A stretch of DNA of 45,716 bases, taken from a bacterium. Lineage in GTDB: Bacteria; Patescibacteriota; Microgenomatia; UBA12405; BS750m-G30. Every line of letters begins with the position of its first letter. The first letter of the stretch is position 1. This document shows positions 14,335 to 23,496 of this stretch, piece after piece. The notes beneath the pieces were generated by a model. It made no database searches and was not told where the DNA came from. It saw only the letters and a list, made by a program, of their open reading frames with translations. Where the stretch lies: assembly GCA_021157735.1 (NCBI GenBank), contig JAGGVZ010000057.1:1-45716 (forward strand), in the 5' to 3' direction. The position numbers and the translations under genes were made by a program.

Positions 14335-14365
14335 TATTGACAGGGAAGAGGTTTTATATTAAACT
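14329..14365 (+). promoter_or_regulatory. Plus-strand promoter (TTGACA-17 nt-TAAACT) whose -35 is embedded in the 14-bp perfect palindrome TGTCAATATTGACA. The palindrome is a candidate Rrf2 operator.
   Basis: The palindrome spans 14329-14342, TTGACA is at 14337-14342, and TAAACT is at 14360-14365. The Rrf2 gene ATG is at 14395. Confidence 0.45.
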
Positions 14366-14394
14366 ATTACCAATTTAGTATTAGTTTAAGAGAG

Positions 14395-14787
14395 ATGTTT
14401 ACCTTAAGTAGACAAACAGAATATGCTCTTTTTTTAATTAATTTTCTAAAAAAGAAATCAGTCCCGGTTTCTTTGGGAACGATTAGCAACCAGTTTGGCT
14501 TTTCCCGGCAGTTTCTTGGCCGGGTGGCGGGAAAACTAAAGGAGGCAGGGATTCTGGCAAGCAAGGAGGGCAAAAGGGGAGGTTTTTGGTTAAGAAAAGA
14601 TCCGGAAAAAATTTCCCTGGGGGAGATAATCTCTTTGTTTGAAGGAGAAAAAAGAATTGTTTCCTGCTTGAAAAAAAATCCTCCTCCAGGATGTCTTCCT
14701 CATTGTCGGCTACGAGCTTTTTGGCGACGTTTGGAAAAAAGTTTTTATCACCAGTTGCAGGAAATTAAGTTGGGAGAAATCTTATGA
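14395..14787 (+). CDS. Rrf2 family transcriptional regulator (IscR-like)
   Basis: An Rrf2 N-terminal winged-helix signature (LSRQTEYALFLINFL ... ISNQFGFSRQFLGRVAGKLKEAGILAS). It is the first gene of the Fe-S operon. Confidence 0.8.
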   Translation: MFTLSRQTEYALFLINFLKKKSVPVSLGTISNQFGFSRQFLGRVAGKLKEAGILASKEGKRGGFWLRKDPEKISLGEIISLFEGEKRIVSCLKKNPPPGCLPHCRLRAFWRRLEKSFYHQLQEIKLGEIL

Positions 14788-15962
14788 AAAGGAAAGCTTA
14801 TCTTGATTGGGCAGCAACAACACCCGTTTATCCCCAGGTGATAAAGGCAATGACTCCTTTTTGGCGAGAAAATTTTGGTAATCCTTCCTCTCTCCACCGC
14901 TGGGGAGAGAAGGCGAGAAAAGCGGTCGATGAGAGCAGAGAAAAGATTGCTGCGTTGCTGGACGTTTCTCCTTTGGAAATTATTTTTACGGGAACCACGA
15001 CTTGTGCGGATAATTTGGCCCTTCAGGGAATTGCTGAGGCGAAAAGATATCAAGGGAAAATTCTTGTTTCTGCGGTGGAGCATCACGCGGTCTTGGACGT
15101 TGCCAAAGCTTTGGCTAGGAAAGGAGTAAAGGTGGCGTTTGTCCCGGTAAATCGCTGGGGAGAGGTAAAAATGGAATTTTTAGAAAAGGAGATTACCAGA
15201 GACACTTTTTTGGTTAGCATAATGATGGCCAACAACGAGGTGGGAACAATTCAACCGGTCAACAAAATTAGCGAACTTATTCGCCGCAAGGAAAAAGAAC
15301 TGAAAACAAGAATTTATTTTCATACCGATGCGGCAGCAGCGGTGGGATGGGTGGAGATTTCTCCGCCCAAAACAGGGGTAGATTTGCTTTCTTTAGGAGC
15401 TCATAAATTTGGCGGTCCAAAAGGGGTGGGGTTGCTTTACAAGAGACAAGATGTGGTTTTATCGCCCATTACCTTTGGCGGTCATCATGAGTTTGGTTTA
15501 TGGCCGGGGACGGAGCCAGTTCCCTTAATTGTGGGCATGGCGAAGGCTTTAGAATTAACTTTGAGAGAAAAAGAAGAAACAAAAAAGAGGGTGGAGAAGT
15601 TAAGAGATCAGTTGATTGAAGGCATGCTGGCCCTCAAGGGAGTAACTTTAACCGGCCATCCCCAAAAAAGACTCCCTGACATTGCTAGTTTTATTGTTGA
15701 CGGAGTAGAAGGAGAGGCAATGCTTTTGAGTTTATCTGATTACGGGATAGCTGCTTCTTCGGGAAGTGCTTGCTCTTCCGGGGAATTGAAACCTTCTCAT
15801 GTGCTGTTGGCAATGGGAATTCCTCCCGAAAAAGCTCATGGTTCAATTCGATTTTCTTTAGGGAGAGAGACAACCGAGGAGGAAATTCGTTATGTATTGA
15901 GGGTTTTTCCCAAAATAATAGAAAGGCTAAGAGGTTTTCAGCGAGGAATTAAAAATGTATAG
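14784..15962 (+). CDS. nifS: Cysteine desulfurase (NifS/IscS class)
   Basis: A PLP lysine block (LSLGAHKFGGPKGVG), an active-site Cys loop (SSGSACSSG), and an ATGA overlap with the Rrf2 gene. Confidence 0.9.
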   Translation: MKRKAYLDWAATTPVYPQVIKAMTPFWRENFGNPSSLHRWGEKARKAVDESREKIAALLDVSPLEIIFTGTTTCADNLALQGIAEAKRYQGKILVSAVEHHAVLDVAKALARKGVKVAFVPVNRWGEVKMEFLEKEITRDTFLVSIMMANNEVGTIQPVNKISELIRRKEKELKTRIYFHTDAAAAVGWVEISPPKTGVDLLSLGAHKFGGPKGVGLLYKRQDVVLSPITFGGHHEFGLWPGTEPVPLIVGMAKALELTLREKEETKKRVEKLRDQLIEGMLALKGVTLTGHPQKRLPDIASFIVDGVEGEAMLLSLSDYGIAASSGSACSSGELKPSHVLLAMGIPPEKAHGSIRFSLGRETTEEEIRYVLRVFPKIIERLRGFQRGIKNV

Positions 15963-16353
15963 CCAGAAACTTTTGGACCATTTTCGCCATCCTCGTAATC
16001 TTGGGAAAATCAGAAATCCTAATGCCTGGGCCCAAGTGGGAAATCCGGTTTGTGGAGATGTAATGAAAATCTACCTTAAGATAGGTAAAAATCCTCAAGG
16101 AGAAGAGACAATCAAAGAGGTAAAATTTCAGACGTTAGGGTGCGCCGCGGCGATAGCAGTTAGCAGTGTTTTGACAGAAATGGTGAAAGGAAAGACCTTA
16201 AAGGAGGCTTTAGAGGTGAAGGGAACAGATATTGCCCGACAGCTAGGGGGATTGCCACCGATAAAGTTTCATTGTTCTCTTTTGGGCCAGGAAGCGTTAA
16301 AAAAAGCTATTCACCAATACCGCAAGAAGAAAGATGAAAAAAATAAAAGGTGA
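15955..16353 (+). CDS. iscU: Fe-S cluster assembly scaffold protein IscU/NifU N-terminal type
   Basis: Three conserved Cys contexts: NPVCGD, LGCAAAIA and HCSLL. The protein is 132 aa. Confidence 0.9.
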   Translation: MYSQKLLDHFRHPRNLGKIRNPNAWAQVGNPVCGDVMKIYLKIGKNPQGEETIKEVKFQTLGCAAAIAVSSVLTEMVKGKTLKEALEVKGTDIARQLGGLPPIKFHCSLLGQEALKKAIHQYRKKKDEKNKR

Positions 16354-16588
16354 CGTTACTTTGCAGGAGATTGGAGAGAAATATCCTCAGGTGGCCTCTT
16401 TTTTGATGGAGAGATACAACATTTGGTGTTTTGGCTGTCCGCTGGCAGCAGCGGAGACTTTGGAGCAAGGAGCGAGGGCTCATGGTTTTAACAAGGAAGA
16501 AATAGAAAAAATGATTGAGGAAATAAACGAGTTGTTAAATCATTCCCGCCGGAAAGGGAAGAAGCAGCCGCAAAAGAAAGTCCCTTAA
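16334..16588 (+). CDS. DUF1858 (hybrid-cluster-protein-associated redox disulfide) domain protein
   Basis: ITLQEIGEKYPQVASFLMERYNIWCFGCPLAAAETLEQGARAHG matches the DUF1858 pattern with its CxxC. Confidence 0.6.
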   Translation: MKKIKGDVTLQEIGEKYPQVASFLMERYNIWCFGCPLAAAETLEQGARAHGFNKEEIEKMIEEINELLNHSRRKGKKQPQKKVP

Positions 16589-17155
16589 AGGGACAAAGAT
16601 TATTTCCAGCAGAGATGTTCCTCCCGGAAGAGGGAGAAAAAGAAGAAGGAGAAGCACCAGGCCGTATTGAGAGAGAATTCTTTCCCACTCTTCAGCTAGT
16701 TCGTAAGGAAGAATTCCCAAAAGAACTTTGGCTCCATCAAGAGGACCAAGGGGAAGGAGGTTGAAAATTCCCAAGCCAAGGTTCATCGTCACTACTGAAA
16801 AGACAAAATAACTAAAAGAGAAATTAAAGGGAAAGAAATAATTTACTCCCCGCCAAAGAAGAGAAAAGAAAATAGCAGTCAGGAAATTGGCTAATGGCCC
16901 GGCCAGGGAGATGATAGCCATATCACGCCGCGGATTGCGCAGGTTGTAAACATCGACCTGAACTGGCTTTCCCCAGCCAAAGTGAAAAAGGAGAAGCGCT
17001 AGTGTTCCCCAAGGGTCAAGATGAGCGAGGGGATTTAAAGTTAGTCTTCCCGTTATTCTCGGGGTGGGATCGCCTAACTCATCCGCTGTTTTGGCATGAG
17101 CGTATTCGTGGACAGTAAGGGCGATAATTAAAGATATTATCCAAAAAATACTCAT
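16535..17155 (-). CDS. Site-2 protease family (peptidase M50) membrane metalloprotease
   Basis: An HEYAHA zinc motif and multiple TM helices. I prefer the internal ATG at 17155 (MSIFWII...) over the track start at 17212. Confidence 0.7.
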   Translation of the reverse strand: MSIFWIISLIIALTVHEYAHAKTADELGDPTPRITGRLTLNPLAHLDPWGTLALLLFHFGWGKPVQVDVYNLRNPRRDMAIISLAGPLANFLTAIFFSLLWRGVNYFFPFNFSFSYFVFSVVTMNLGLGIFNLLPLGPLDGAKVLLGILPYELAEEWERILSQYGLVLLLLLFLPLPGGTSLLEIIFVPLRDFLLRLLLPFPAGMI

Positions 17156-17234
17156 GGTTGCCAAATAGTTTTTTCTCTGGTATAGTATACAAGTTAATCT
17201 TTCGGGAAACAATCCCGGTTTTCAATATCAAAAA

Positions 17235-17507
17235 ATGGCTAAGTGTCAAATTTGTGGCAAGAAAGCAAGAGTAGGGCGGGTAAGTAAACACCGCCGGGGG
17301 GTGGCTTCTCGTCGTTTTGCCCACCGCGCTCCTAAAAAGAAAAAAGTTTTTCGTCCCAATATTCAGAAAACCACCATTACTATTGGTGGGGTAAAGTTAA
17401 GATTACGAGTTTGTGCTTCCTGCTTGAAGAAGATGAAGGCAGGGAAGTTAACTCTTAACCAAGTGAAGGCGGCCACTGATAAGCAGAAGAAAACTGAGAA
17501 AAAGTAA
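17235..17507 (+). CDS. rpmB: 50S ribosomal protein L28 with a Lys-rich C-terminal extension
   Basis: MAKCQICGKKARVGRVSKHRRG...RRFAHRAPKKKKVFRPNIQK follows the L28 pattern. The protein is 90 aa. Confidence 0.8.
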   Translation: MAKCQICGKKARVGRVSKHRRGVASRRFAHRAPKKKKVFRPNIQKTTITIGGVKLRLRVCASCLKKMKAGKLTLNQVKAATDKQKKTEKK

Positions 17508-18396
17508 CTGGCCTTTTTCCTTCTAGTTGTACTGCTTCAAGAAATACCTTTCCTTTTTTGTTTTCTAACTGGAGAAGTTTGAGTCTTTTTTTGGTTTTCC
17601 CAAAAGAAATTTCTGTAAATAGTCCTGGCCAGGGAGAAAGGGCCCGAAAAAGACGGGTTAAAAACAAAGGAGAGAAAGTCTTTTTTCTCGGAAAAAGCTC
17701 TTTTAACAAAGAAGGGGCGGTCTGGAAAGGGATGGGTTGATTTTTTAGGGCAAGAACAACTGCTTTTTCGGGAACAAATCCGTCCGCTTTTTTTAAACGG
17801 CGGGTAAATGTGGCTTGGGAGTGGTTTTGGGGAAGAGGAGTTATTTTTTTCTTTCGATATTGCCTGATTACAGAGGAAATTATCGTGCCCGCAAAGGAAA
17901 AGAGAGTTCGGTAGACTTCATCGCTATTTGCCCGAGGAGAAAGAGGAAAAGATTTTTGGTAGATAATTGGTCCATGGTCGCATTTTTCATCCATTTTAAT
18001 GATAGTAAGACCAGTTTCTCTTTCTCCCCTGAGGATGGCAAAGGGAACAGGAGCGCTACCGCGGTATTTGGGAAGGAGAGAGGGATGGATGTTAAGAATC
18101 CCCTCTGAGAAAGCATTCAGCCAGCAGGGAGGAATAATTTTTCCGTAAACACAACAGACTCCCAAGGTAAAAGAAGTGGCTTTTTTGAGCTTCTCAAGAG
18201 TTTTTTGATTCAGGGAGGCGAATTTCCAAAGGGGAAGGTTTTTCTTTTCTGCCCACTGGGCAAGAGGGTTAGGGGTAATTTTTTGCCCCCTTCCCGCTGG
18301 TTTATCAGGGGTAGTAACCACTCCTATCTTTTCTTTTTTGGCAAGAGCCTCAAGAACGGGAATGGAATATGAAGAAGAACCAAAGAAAATAATCAT
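17455..18396 (-). CDS. fmt: Methionyl-tRNA formyltransferase
   Basis: IIFFGSS start, an HPSLLPKYRGSAP motif, a C-terminal Fmt domain, and a position divergent from def. Confidence 0.9.
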   Translation of the reverse strand: MIIFFGSSSYSIPVLEALAKKEKIGVVTTPDKPAGRGQKITPNPLAQWAEKKNLPLWKFASLNQKTLEKLKKATSFTLGVCCVYGKIIPPCWLNAFSEGILNIHPSLLPKYRGSAPVPFAILRGERETGLTIIKMDEKCDHGPIIYQKSFPLSPRANSDEVYRTLFSFAGTIISSVIRQYRKKKITPLPQNHSQATFTRRLKKADGFVPEKAVVLALKNQPIPFQTAPSLLKELFPRKKTFSPLFLTRLFRALSPWPGLFTEISFGKTKKRLKLLQLENKKGKVFLEAVQLEGKRPVTFSQFSSAYQWPPSLG

Positions 18397-18458
18397 CTTT
18401 GAGTATATTTTATCATTACTGGAGGGGAAGAGAAAAAAGGGGTAAAATACATTTATAT

Positions 18459-19043
18459 ATGAAAAGAATAGTTGTTTATCCCGAGCCGATTTTGCGAGAA
18501 AAGTGTTTGGCGGTAACTAGTTGGGAAAAAAACGAGGAGGAAACAAAAAAAGAGCTTTTGCAAGCCTTGGAAAAGAGTAAAATTGGCATTGGTTTAGCCG
18601 CTCCCCAAATTGGCGAAAAAGAAAGAATCTTTGTTATCAAAGGAGTCCATCCTTTTCATCACGGCCGGGTTTTGGTTAATCCGGAAATTGTTGATAATTT
18701 TGACGAGGAAAAAGTTTATCCTTTAATGGAAGACGAAGAAGGGAACAGAGAGGAGTTTTTAGAGGGATGTCTTTCCTTTCCTGATATTTATGGACCGGTC
18801 AAGCGATGGTTGCGGATAAAAGCGAGGTGGTATGAACCTCGCCAGGGAGAGTTAGTGGAAACAGAAGCAGTTTTGGAAGGGTTAGGAGCGATTGTTTTCC
18901 AACATGAGCTGGATCATCTGGAGGGAATTTTGTTTATCGATCATCTTAAAGAAGAGGGACGATTGCCAGTAGTTTTTGACAAGGAGGGAAAAAAAAGAAC
19001 CCTCTCTTGGAAGGAATTTGAAGCAAAAGTTTCTTCTTTTTAG
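18459..19043 (+). CDS. def: Peptide deformylase
   Basis: The three PDF motifs are GIGLAAPQIG, EGCLSFP and HELDHLEG. I prefer the ATG at 18459 (MKRIVVYPEP). Confidence 0.9.
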   Translation: MKRIVVYPEPILREKCLAVTSWEKNEEETKKELLQALEKSKIGIGLAAPQIGEKERIFVIKGVHPFHHGRVLVNPEIVDNFDEEKVYPLMEDEEGNREEFLEGCLSFPDIYGPVKRWLRIKARWYEPRQGELVETEAVLEGLGAIVFQHELDHLEGILFIDHLKEEGRLPVVFDKEGKKRTLSWKEFEAKVSSF

Positions 19044-19062
19044 TTTGTGATAGAATAATTTT

Positions 19063-20940
19063 ATGCCTCAAGAAAAACTACGGCGGTGGATAAGAAATGT
19101 CTTTATTGCCTTTTTCTTTCTTTTGCCCCTTTTGTGGACTCCCTGGAATTTTGAGCTTTTTGAATTCAACAAAATGCTCTTTGTTTACCTGACAACGGTA
19201 GTTATCGCTAGTTTATGGCTGATATTGATGATTGGGGAGAAAAAGCTGATTTTCAAAAAGACCCCTCTTTTTTGGCCCCTGATGCTTTTCTTGGGGGGAC
19301 AGATTTTAGCCACGGTTTTTTCTATCGATAGATATACTAGTATTTTCGGCTATTATTCTCGTCTTCATGGAGGATTGCTTTCTACCCTTTCGTATCTTGT
19401 TCTTTATTGGGCTTTGGTTAGTTGTGGCGAGAAAGAATGGCGCGAGAAGATAATTAAAGCTGTTTTGCTTTCGGGAATTTTAATTGCCGGTTGGGGAGTA
19501 GCGGAACATTTTGGGGTAGACAAGGATTTTTGGGTTCAAGATGTCCAAAATCGAGTTTTTTCTACTTTGGGTCAACCCAACTGGTTAGCCGCTTATTTGG
19601 ACGTTTTAATAATCCTTGCTTTAGTGGCTGCGGAGAAGAAAGGAAAGATTTGGTGGGGGGTCTTTTCTCTCTTTTATCTTTGTCTTCTTTATACCAAGTC
19701 TCGCTCTGGTTTGTTGGGATTGGGGGGAGGGTTGGTTTTTTTCTATCTTTTTGCTTGGCGGAGAGAAAAAAAGAAAAAGGAGTGGCGAGGGGCGTTTTTA
19801 AAATCTCTGGGGATAATTGCTCTTCTTAGCTTTCTGGTAGGGACACCATATACGCCTTCCTGGCGGAAGCTTTTTTCCCGCCAAAAAACTGTTTCCTCCC
19901 AACCGCCATCTTCTTTGAAGATAACTCCTTCCAGCGAGATAAGGAAGATTGTTTGGCGGGGAGCATTGCGGCTTTGGCGTAAATATCCCCTGGTGGGAAC
20001 AGGAGTGGAAACTTTTGCTTACACCTATTATTGGGTGCGTCCGCGGGAGCATAATCTGACTTCAGAGTGGGATTTTCTTTATAACAAGGCTCACAATGAG
20101 TATTTAAACTTTGCTGCCAATAGCGGTACTTTGGGATTGGTTACCTATCTTTTAATTCTAGCCTTTTATTTCCTTTGGTTTTTAAAGAAAGGAAGAAGGG
20201 AATCCTTGTGGATAATAGGGTTGGGAGGAGGGTTGGTCTCTTTGTTAATTACCAATTTCTTTGGCTTTTCCGTTGTGGTTACCGGGAGTTGGTTTTTCTT
20301 TATTCCCGCCTTATCTTTTTTGGAGGAAAAGCCGGTTTTCACTAATAAAAATTGGCGAATAGAAAAACTTAAGGTAGGGGGACTTCTTTTTCTTGCTGGT
20401 TATTTAATTTTTCAGATTATCCAGTTTTGGTGGGGAGATTTTTATCTCCAGAAGGGAATTCTCTTGGAGAAGCAAAACCGGCCGGAGAAATCTCTGTTTT
20501 ATCTTAAAAAAGCCCTGAGGGCCAATCCTCGCGTTCCCCTTTATCACGACAAAATGAGCTTGACTTTAGCCAAATTGGCAGCAGTTCTTCATCAAGAGGG
20601 GAAGAAAGAGGCGGCTTTGCAGGCGGCAAAAGCGGCGATAGAGGAGAGCGATAAAGCTTTGGCTGGTTCTCCTTTTCATCTTAACTTTTACCGCGACCGG
20701 GCAAAAATGTTTTATATTCTTTCTACTATTGATTTGCGCTATTTGGAGCGGTCTTTACAGACTATTCTTAGGGCAATTGATTTGGCTCCTACCGACGCTA
20801 AACTCTATTATAACGCGGGGGCGATGTTTTGGTCTTTGGGAGAGAAAGAGCGGGGGATAAAATATCTTAAAAGAGCTCTAGAGCTGAAACCTGATTATCA
20901 GCGGGCGAAAGCTCTTTTGGAAAAATGGAGTCACCAGTGA
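19063..20940 (+). CDS. O-antigen ligase (Wzy_C)-like polytopic membrane protein fused to C-terminal TPR repeats
   Basis: About 12 hydrophobic segments and a Wzy_C-like block (LLYTKSRSGLLGL). The C-terminal 170 aa or so has TPR-like periodicity (ALELKPDYQRAKALL). Confidence 0.7.
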   Translation: MPQEKLRRWIRNVFIAFFFLLPLLWTPWNFELFEFNKMLFVYLTTVVIASLWLILMIGEKKLIFKKTPLFWPLMLFLGGQILATVFSIDRYTSIFGYYSRLHGGLLSTLSYLVLYWALVSCGEKEWREKIIKAVLLSGILIAGWGVAEHFGVDKDFWVQDVQNRVFSTLGQPNWLAAYLDVLIILALVAAEKKGKIWWGVFSLFYLCLLYTKSRSGLLGLGGGLVFFYLFAWRREKKKKEWRGAFLKSLGIIALLSFLVGTPYTPSWRKLFSRQKTVSSQPPSSLKITPSSEIRKIVWRGALRLWRKYPLVGTGVETFAYTYYWVRPREHNLTSEWDFLYNKAHNEYLNFAANSGTLGLVTYLLILAFYFLWFLKKGRRESLWIIGLGGGLVSLLITNFFGFSVVVTGSWFFFIPALSFLEEKPVFTNKNWRIEKLKVGGLLFLAGYLIFQIIQFWWGDFYLQKGILLEKQNRPEKSLFYLKKALRANPRVPLYHDKMSLTLAKLAAVLHQEGKKEAALQAAKAAIEESDKALAGSPFHLNFYRDRAKMFYILSTIDLRYLERSLQTILRAIDLAPTDAKLYYNAGAMFWSLGEKERGIKYLKRALELKPDYQRAKALLEKWSHQ

Positions 20941-22436
20941 AAGATACGGCAGCGATTGTTTTGGATTTAACCAAAGTTCACAACTACCATCATCTTTCTT
21001 TGGATGACTTGCTGGCGGCGATAAAAGAGCAAAAGCTCCAGATAGATATAGAGAAGGTTAAGAAAGCTTATCTGTTTGCGGAAAGGCAACATCGGGGGCA
21101 AAAAAGATTGAGCGGTGAGGATTTTATTAATCACCCTCTTTTTGTGGCCCAGATGGTGGTATGGTTGCGGTTGGATGAGACGTCTGTTTTGGCAGCCATC
21201 CTTCACGATACCATTGAGGAAGGAAAAGCAACTTTGGAGGAGATTGAAAAAGAGTTTGGGATAGAAGTTGCCCTCATTGTTGATGGCCTTACTGATGTTC
21301 GCCAAACTACCAAAAGGTTTGCTTTGCATCAGGAAAGTGTGGAGAATTTTCAAAAGCTTCTTTTGGCTTCGGTTGAGGATATCAGGGTTTTGATTATTAG
21401 ATTGTGCGACAAATTGCATAATGCTTTGACAATTGAGGGTCTCCCGCGGGAAAGGCAGATAAAATTTGCTCAGCGAGTTTTTCATCTTTACGGTCCCTTG
21501 GCGGAGTATATTGGTTTGGGCTTTTTCAAAAGGGAGTTGGAAGATATTGCTTTTCGCATTCTTTATCCGGAAGAGTTTCGGCGGTTGAAAAGAAAATTGG
21601 CGGTAAGAGAGCAGGAGAGGGAACAACGCGTGCGAAAGCTAATTGAAGAGCTGAAAAAACTTTTGGAAGAAAGGCACATTCCTTTTCTGCGAATTTTTGG
21701 CCGACGCAAGAGTCTTTATAGTATTTGGAAAAAGATGGAGAAAAAAGTGAGAGAGGGAAAGATTAAAAAGGCTCATCCGGCGGCCATTCTTGACCAGATT
21801 GGGGTGACAGTTTTAACAAGAGATATTCCCACTTGTTATGCGGTTTTGGGGGTGATTCATGCCCAGTGGGAGTTCCTTTTGGAAGAGTTTGACGATTATA
21901 TCGTTAATCCCAAACCCAATGGTTATCGCTCCCTACAGACCACTATCAAATATGCGGATCACACTGCCGAGATTCAGATTAAGACCTGGCGGATGCATGA
22001 ATACAATGAATTTGGCCCTGCTTCTCATATTGCTTACAAACAAGCAAAAGGAGGAAAAGCTGATGAGGCTTCATATTCCTGGGTAAAGAAGCTGGTTTCT
22101 TGGCAGGAAAGGAAGAACGGTTATCGGGTTAAGGTTTTTGATGAATACATTTTTGTGGTTACCCCGAAGGGAGATATCATCCAGTTAGAGAAAGGAAGCA
22201 CGCCAATTGATTTTGCCTATCGAATTCACACCCGCCTGGGAGATTCTTGTCAAGGGGTGAGGATAAATGGGAAAATTGCCCGCCTTTCTCAACCTTTAAA
22301 CAATGGGGATTTAGTCGAGATTATCAAAGCACGAAAGCCAATTGGTCCGCGGCGAGACTGGTTACAGTGGGCAAAAATGGCGGAGACAAAAAGAAAGATT
22401 CGCCAAGGACTAAGAGAGAGGATTGCCAATGGATAG
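20925..22436 (+). CDS. RelA/SpoT-family (p)ppGpp synthetase/hydrolase (HD + synthetase + TGS; short form)
   Basis: An HD domain (AAILHDTIEE), a synthetase block (RRKSLYSIWKKM, GYRSLQTTI), and a TGS domain (VVTPKGDIIQLEKGSTPIDFAYRIH). Confidence 0.85.
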   Translation: MESPVKDTAAIVLDLTKVHNYHHLSLDDLLAAIKEQKLQIDIEKVKKAYLFAERQHRGQKRLSGEDFINHPLFVAQMVVWLRLDETSVLAAILHDTIEEGKATLEEIEKEFGIEVALIVDGLTDVRQTTKRFALHQESVENFQKLLLASVEDIRVLIIRLCDKLHNALTIEGLPRERQIKFAQRVFHLYGPLAEYIGLGFFKRELEDIAFRILYPEEFRRLKRKLAVREQEREQRVRKLIEELKKLLEERHIPFLRIFGRRKSLYSIWKKMEKKVREGKIKKAHPAAILDQIGVTVLTRDIPTCYAVLGVIHAQWEFLLEEFDDYIVNPKPNGYRSLQTTIKYADHTAEIQIKTWRMHEYNEFGPASHIAYKQAKGGKADEASYSWVKKLVSWQERKNGYRVKVFDEYIFVVTPKGDIIQLEKGSTPIDFAYRIHTRLGDSCQGVRINGKIARLSQPLNNGDLVEIIKARKPIGPRRDWLQWAKMAETKRKIRQGLRERIANG

Positions 22437-23496
22437 ACATCAATTAGGCAGCTGGCTGAAAAAGTTCTGCGAATACAATTTAGGGGTAGATTTGGGCAGT
22501 GTCGAGGTGAAGATTTTTGTTGAAGGGAAAGGAGTTCTTTTTTCCGAACCGGCGGTGGTGGCGAGAAAAAAGAAAAGAGAAGGAGGAGAAGTTTTGGCGG
22601 TGGGGAAAAAGGCACGGTTGATGATTGGTAAGAACCCCCACCAGATAGAAATAGTCTTCCCTATCCAAAGGGGGGTAGTAGCCGATTTTGATACCGCCTT
22701 GATTTTGACCAATTATCTTTTTGGTTTAGTGAAACAAACTCCGGGGAAATGGTGGAAGATATTGGGTCCGAAAGTGGTGGTGGGGGTTTCTCTTAAGGCA
22801 ACAGAGGTGGAGAGGAGGGCGGTGAAGGCTTTGATGGTGAAAAATGGCGCTCGGGAGGTTTTTTTAGTAGAGAAGCCTCTTGCGGCTGCTTTAGGAGCGG
22901 GATTGCCAATTGAATCCCGAAAGGGAAGCTTGGTGGTCGATATTGGGGGAGAGACTACGGAAATGGCGGTTATTTCTTTGGGGGGGATCGTCTTGGATAG
23001 GTATCTTCCTTTTGGAAAGAGGGATTTTGCCTTGTCTTTGATTAACTATCTGCGTCTCAAAGAGGGAGTGATTATTGGCAAGCTTACCGCTGAGGAAGCT
23101 ATTGACCAATTGGCGGTAGTTTCTCCTCGGGAGCAGGCGGAAAGGAAACAAATGGTAGTTAGGGGGCAAGCTTTGGAGAGTGGCTTGCCAAAAAGTGTCC
23201 GGGTTAGCCAAAGTGAGGTGATGGAGGCAATTGCTCCTTTGGTTTTAAAAATAATTGCTGCTTTAGAGGAGATGCTGGAGGAAGCTCCCACGGAGATGAC
23301 CGAAGATATTGCCAAAAAAGGGATAGTTATTACCGGAGGAGGGGCAACTATTCCTGGTTGGGAAAGATTAATTAAGGAGGAAACAAAAATCTTTTCTCAA
23401 GTGGTTAAGTCTCCTCACGAAGCAGTTGTCCGGGGTTGTGGTTATCTATTGACCGACTTTTCTCTTTTAAAAAAGATTAAATTAGCAACAGGATGA
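22429..23496 (+). CDS. mreB: Rod shape-determining protein MreB
   Basis: Actin-fold phosphate motifs (GVDLGS, VVDIGGETTE, VITGGGA). mreC follows. The ATG at 22429 is preferred, and the TTG at 22423 is possible. Confidence 0.9.
   Translation: MDRHQLGSWLKKFCEYNLGVDLGSVEVKIFVEGKGVLFSEPAVVARKKKREGGEVLAVGKKARLMIGKNPHQIEIVFPIQRGVVADFDTALILTNYLFGLVKQTPGKWWKILGPKVVVGVSLKATEVERRAVKALMVKNGAREVFLVEKPLAAALGAGLPIESRKGSLVVDIGGETTEMAVISLGGIVLDRYLPFGKRDFALSLINYLRLKEGVIIGKLTAEEAIDQLAVVSPREQAERKQMVVRGQALESGLPKSVRVSQSEVMEAIAPLVLKIIAALEEMLEEAPTEMTEDIAKKGIVITGGGATIPGWERLIKEETKIFSQVVKSPHEAVVRGCGYLLTDFSLLKKIKLATG

Noticed and set aside
20967-21626. Long antisense or alternative-frame ORFs inside well-supported genes (e.g. 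20967-21626 minus in relA/spoT, 38326-38781 minus in murB, 36139-36660 minus, 43045-43500 minus, 12464-12820 minus, 4729-5121 minus)
   Set aside because: Each lies wholly within a gene that has clear family motifs on the other strand or frame. Their translations are low-complexity and Ser/Leu/Phe/Lys-rich, as expected from the antisense of AG-rich coding sequence.
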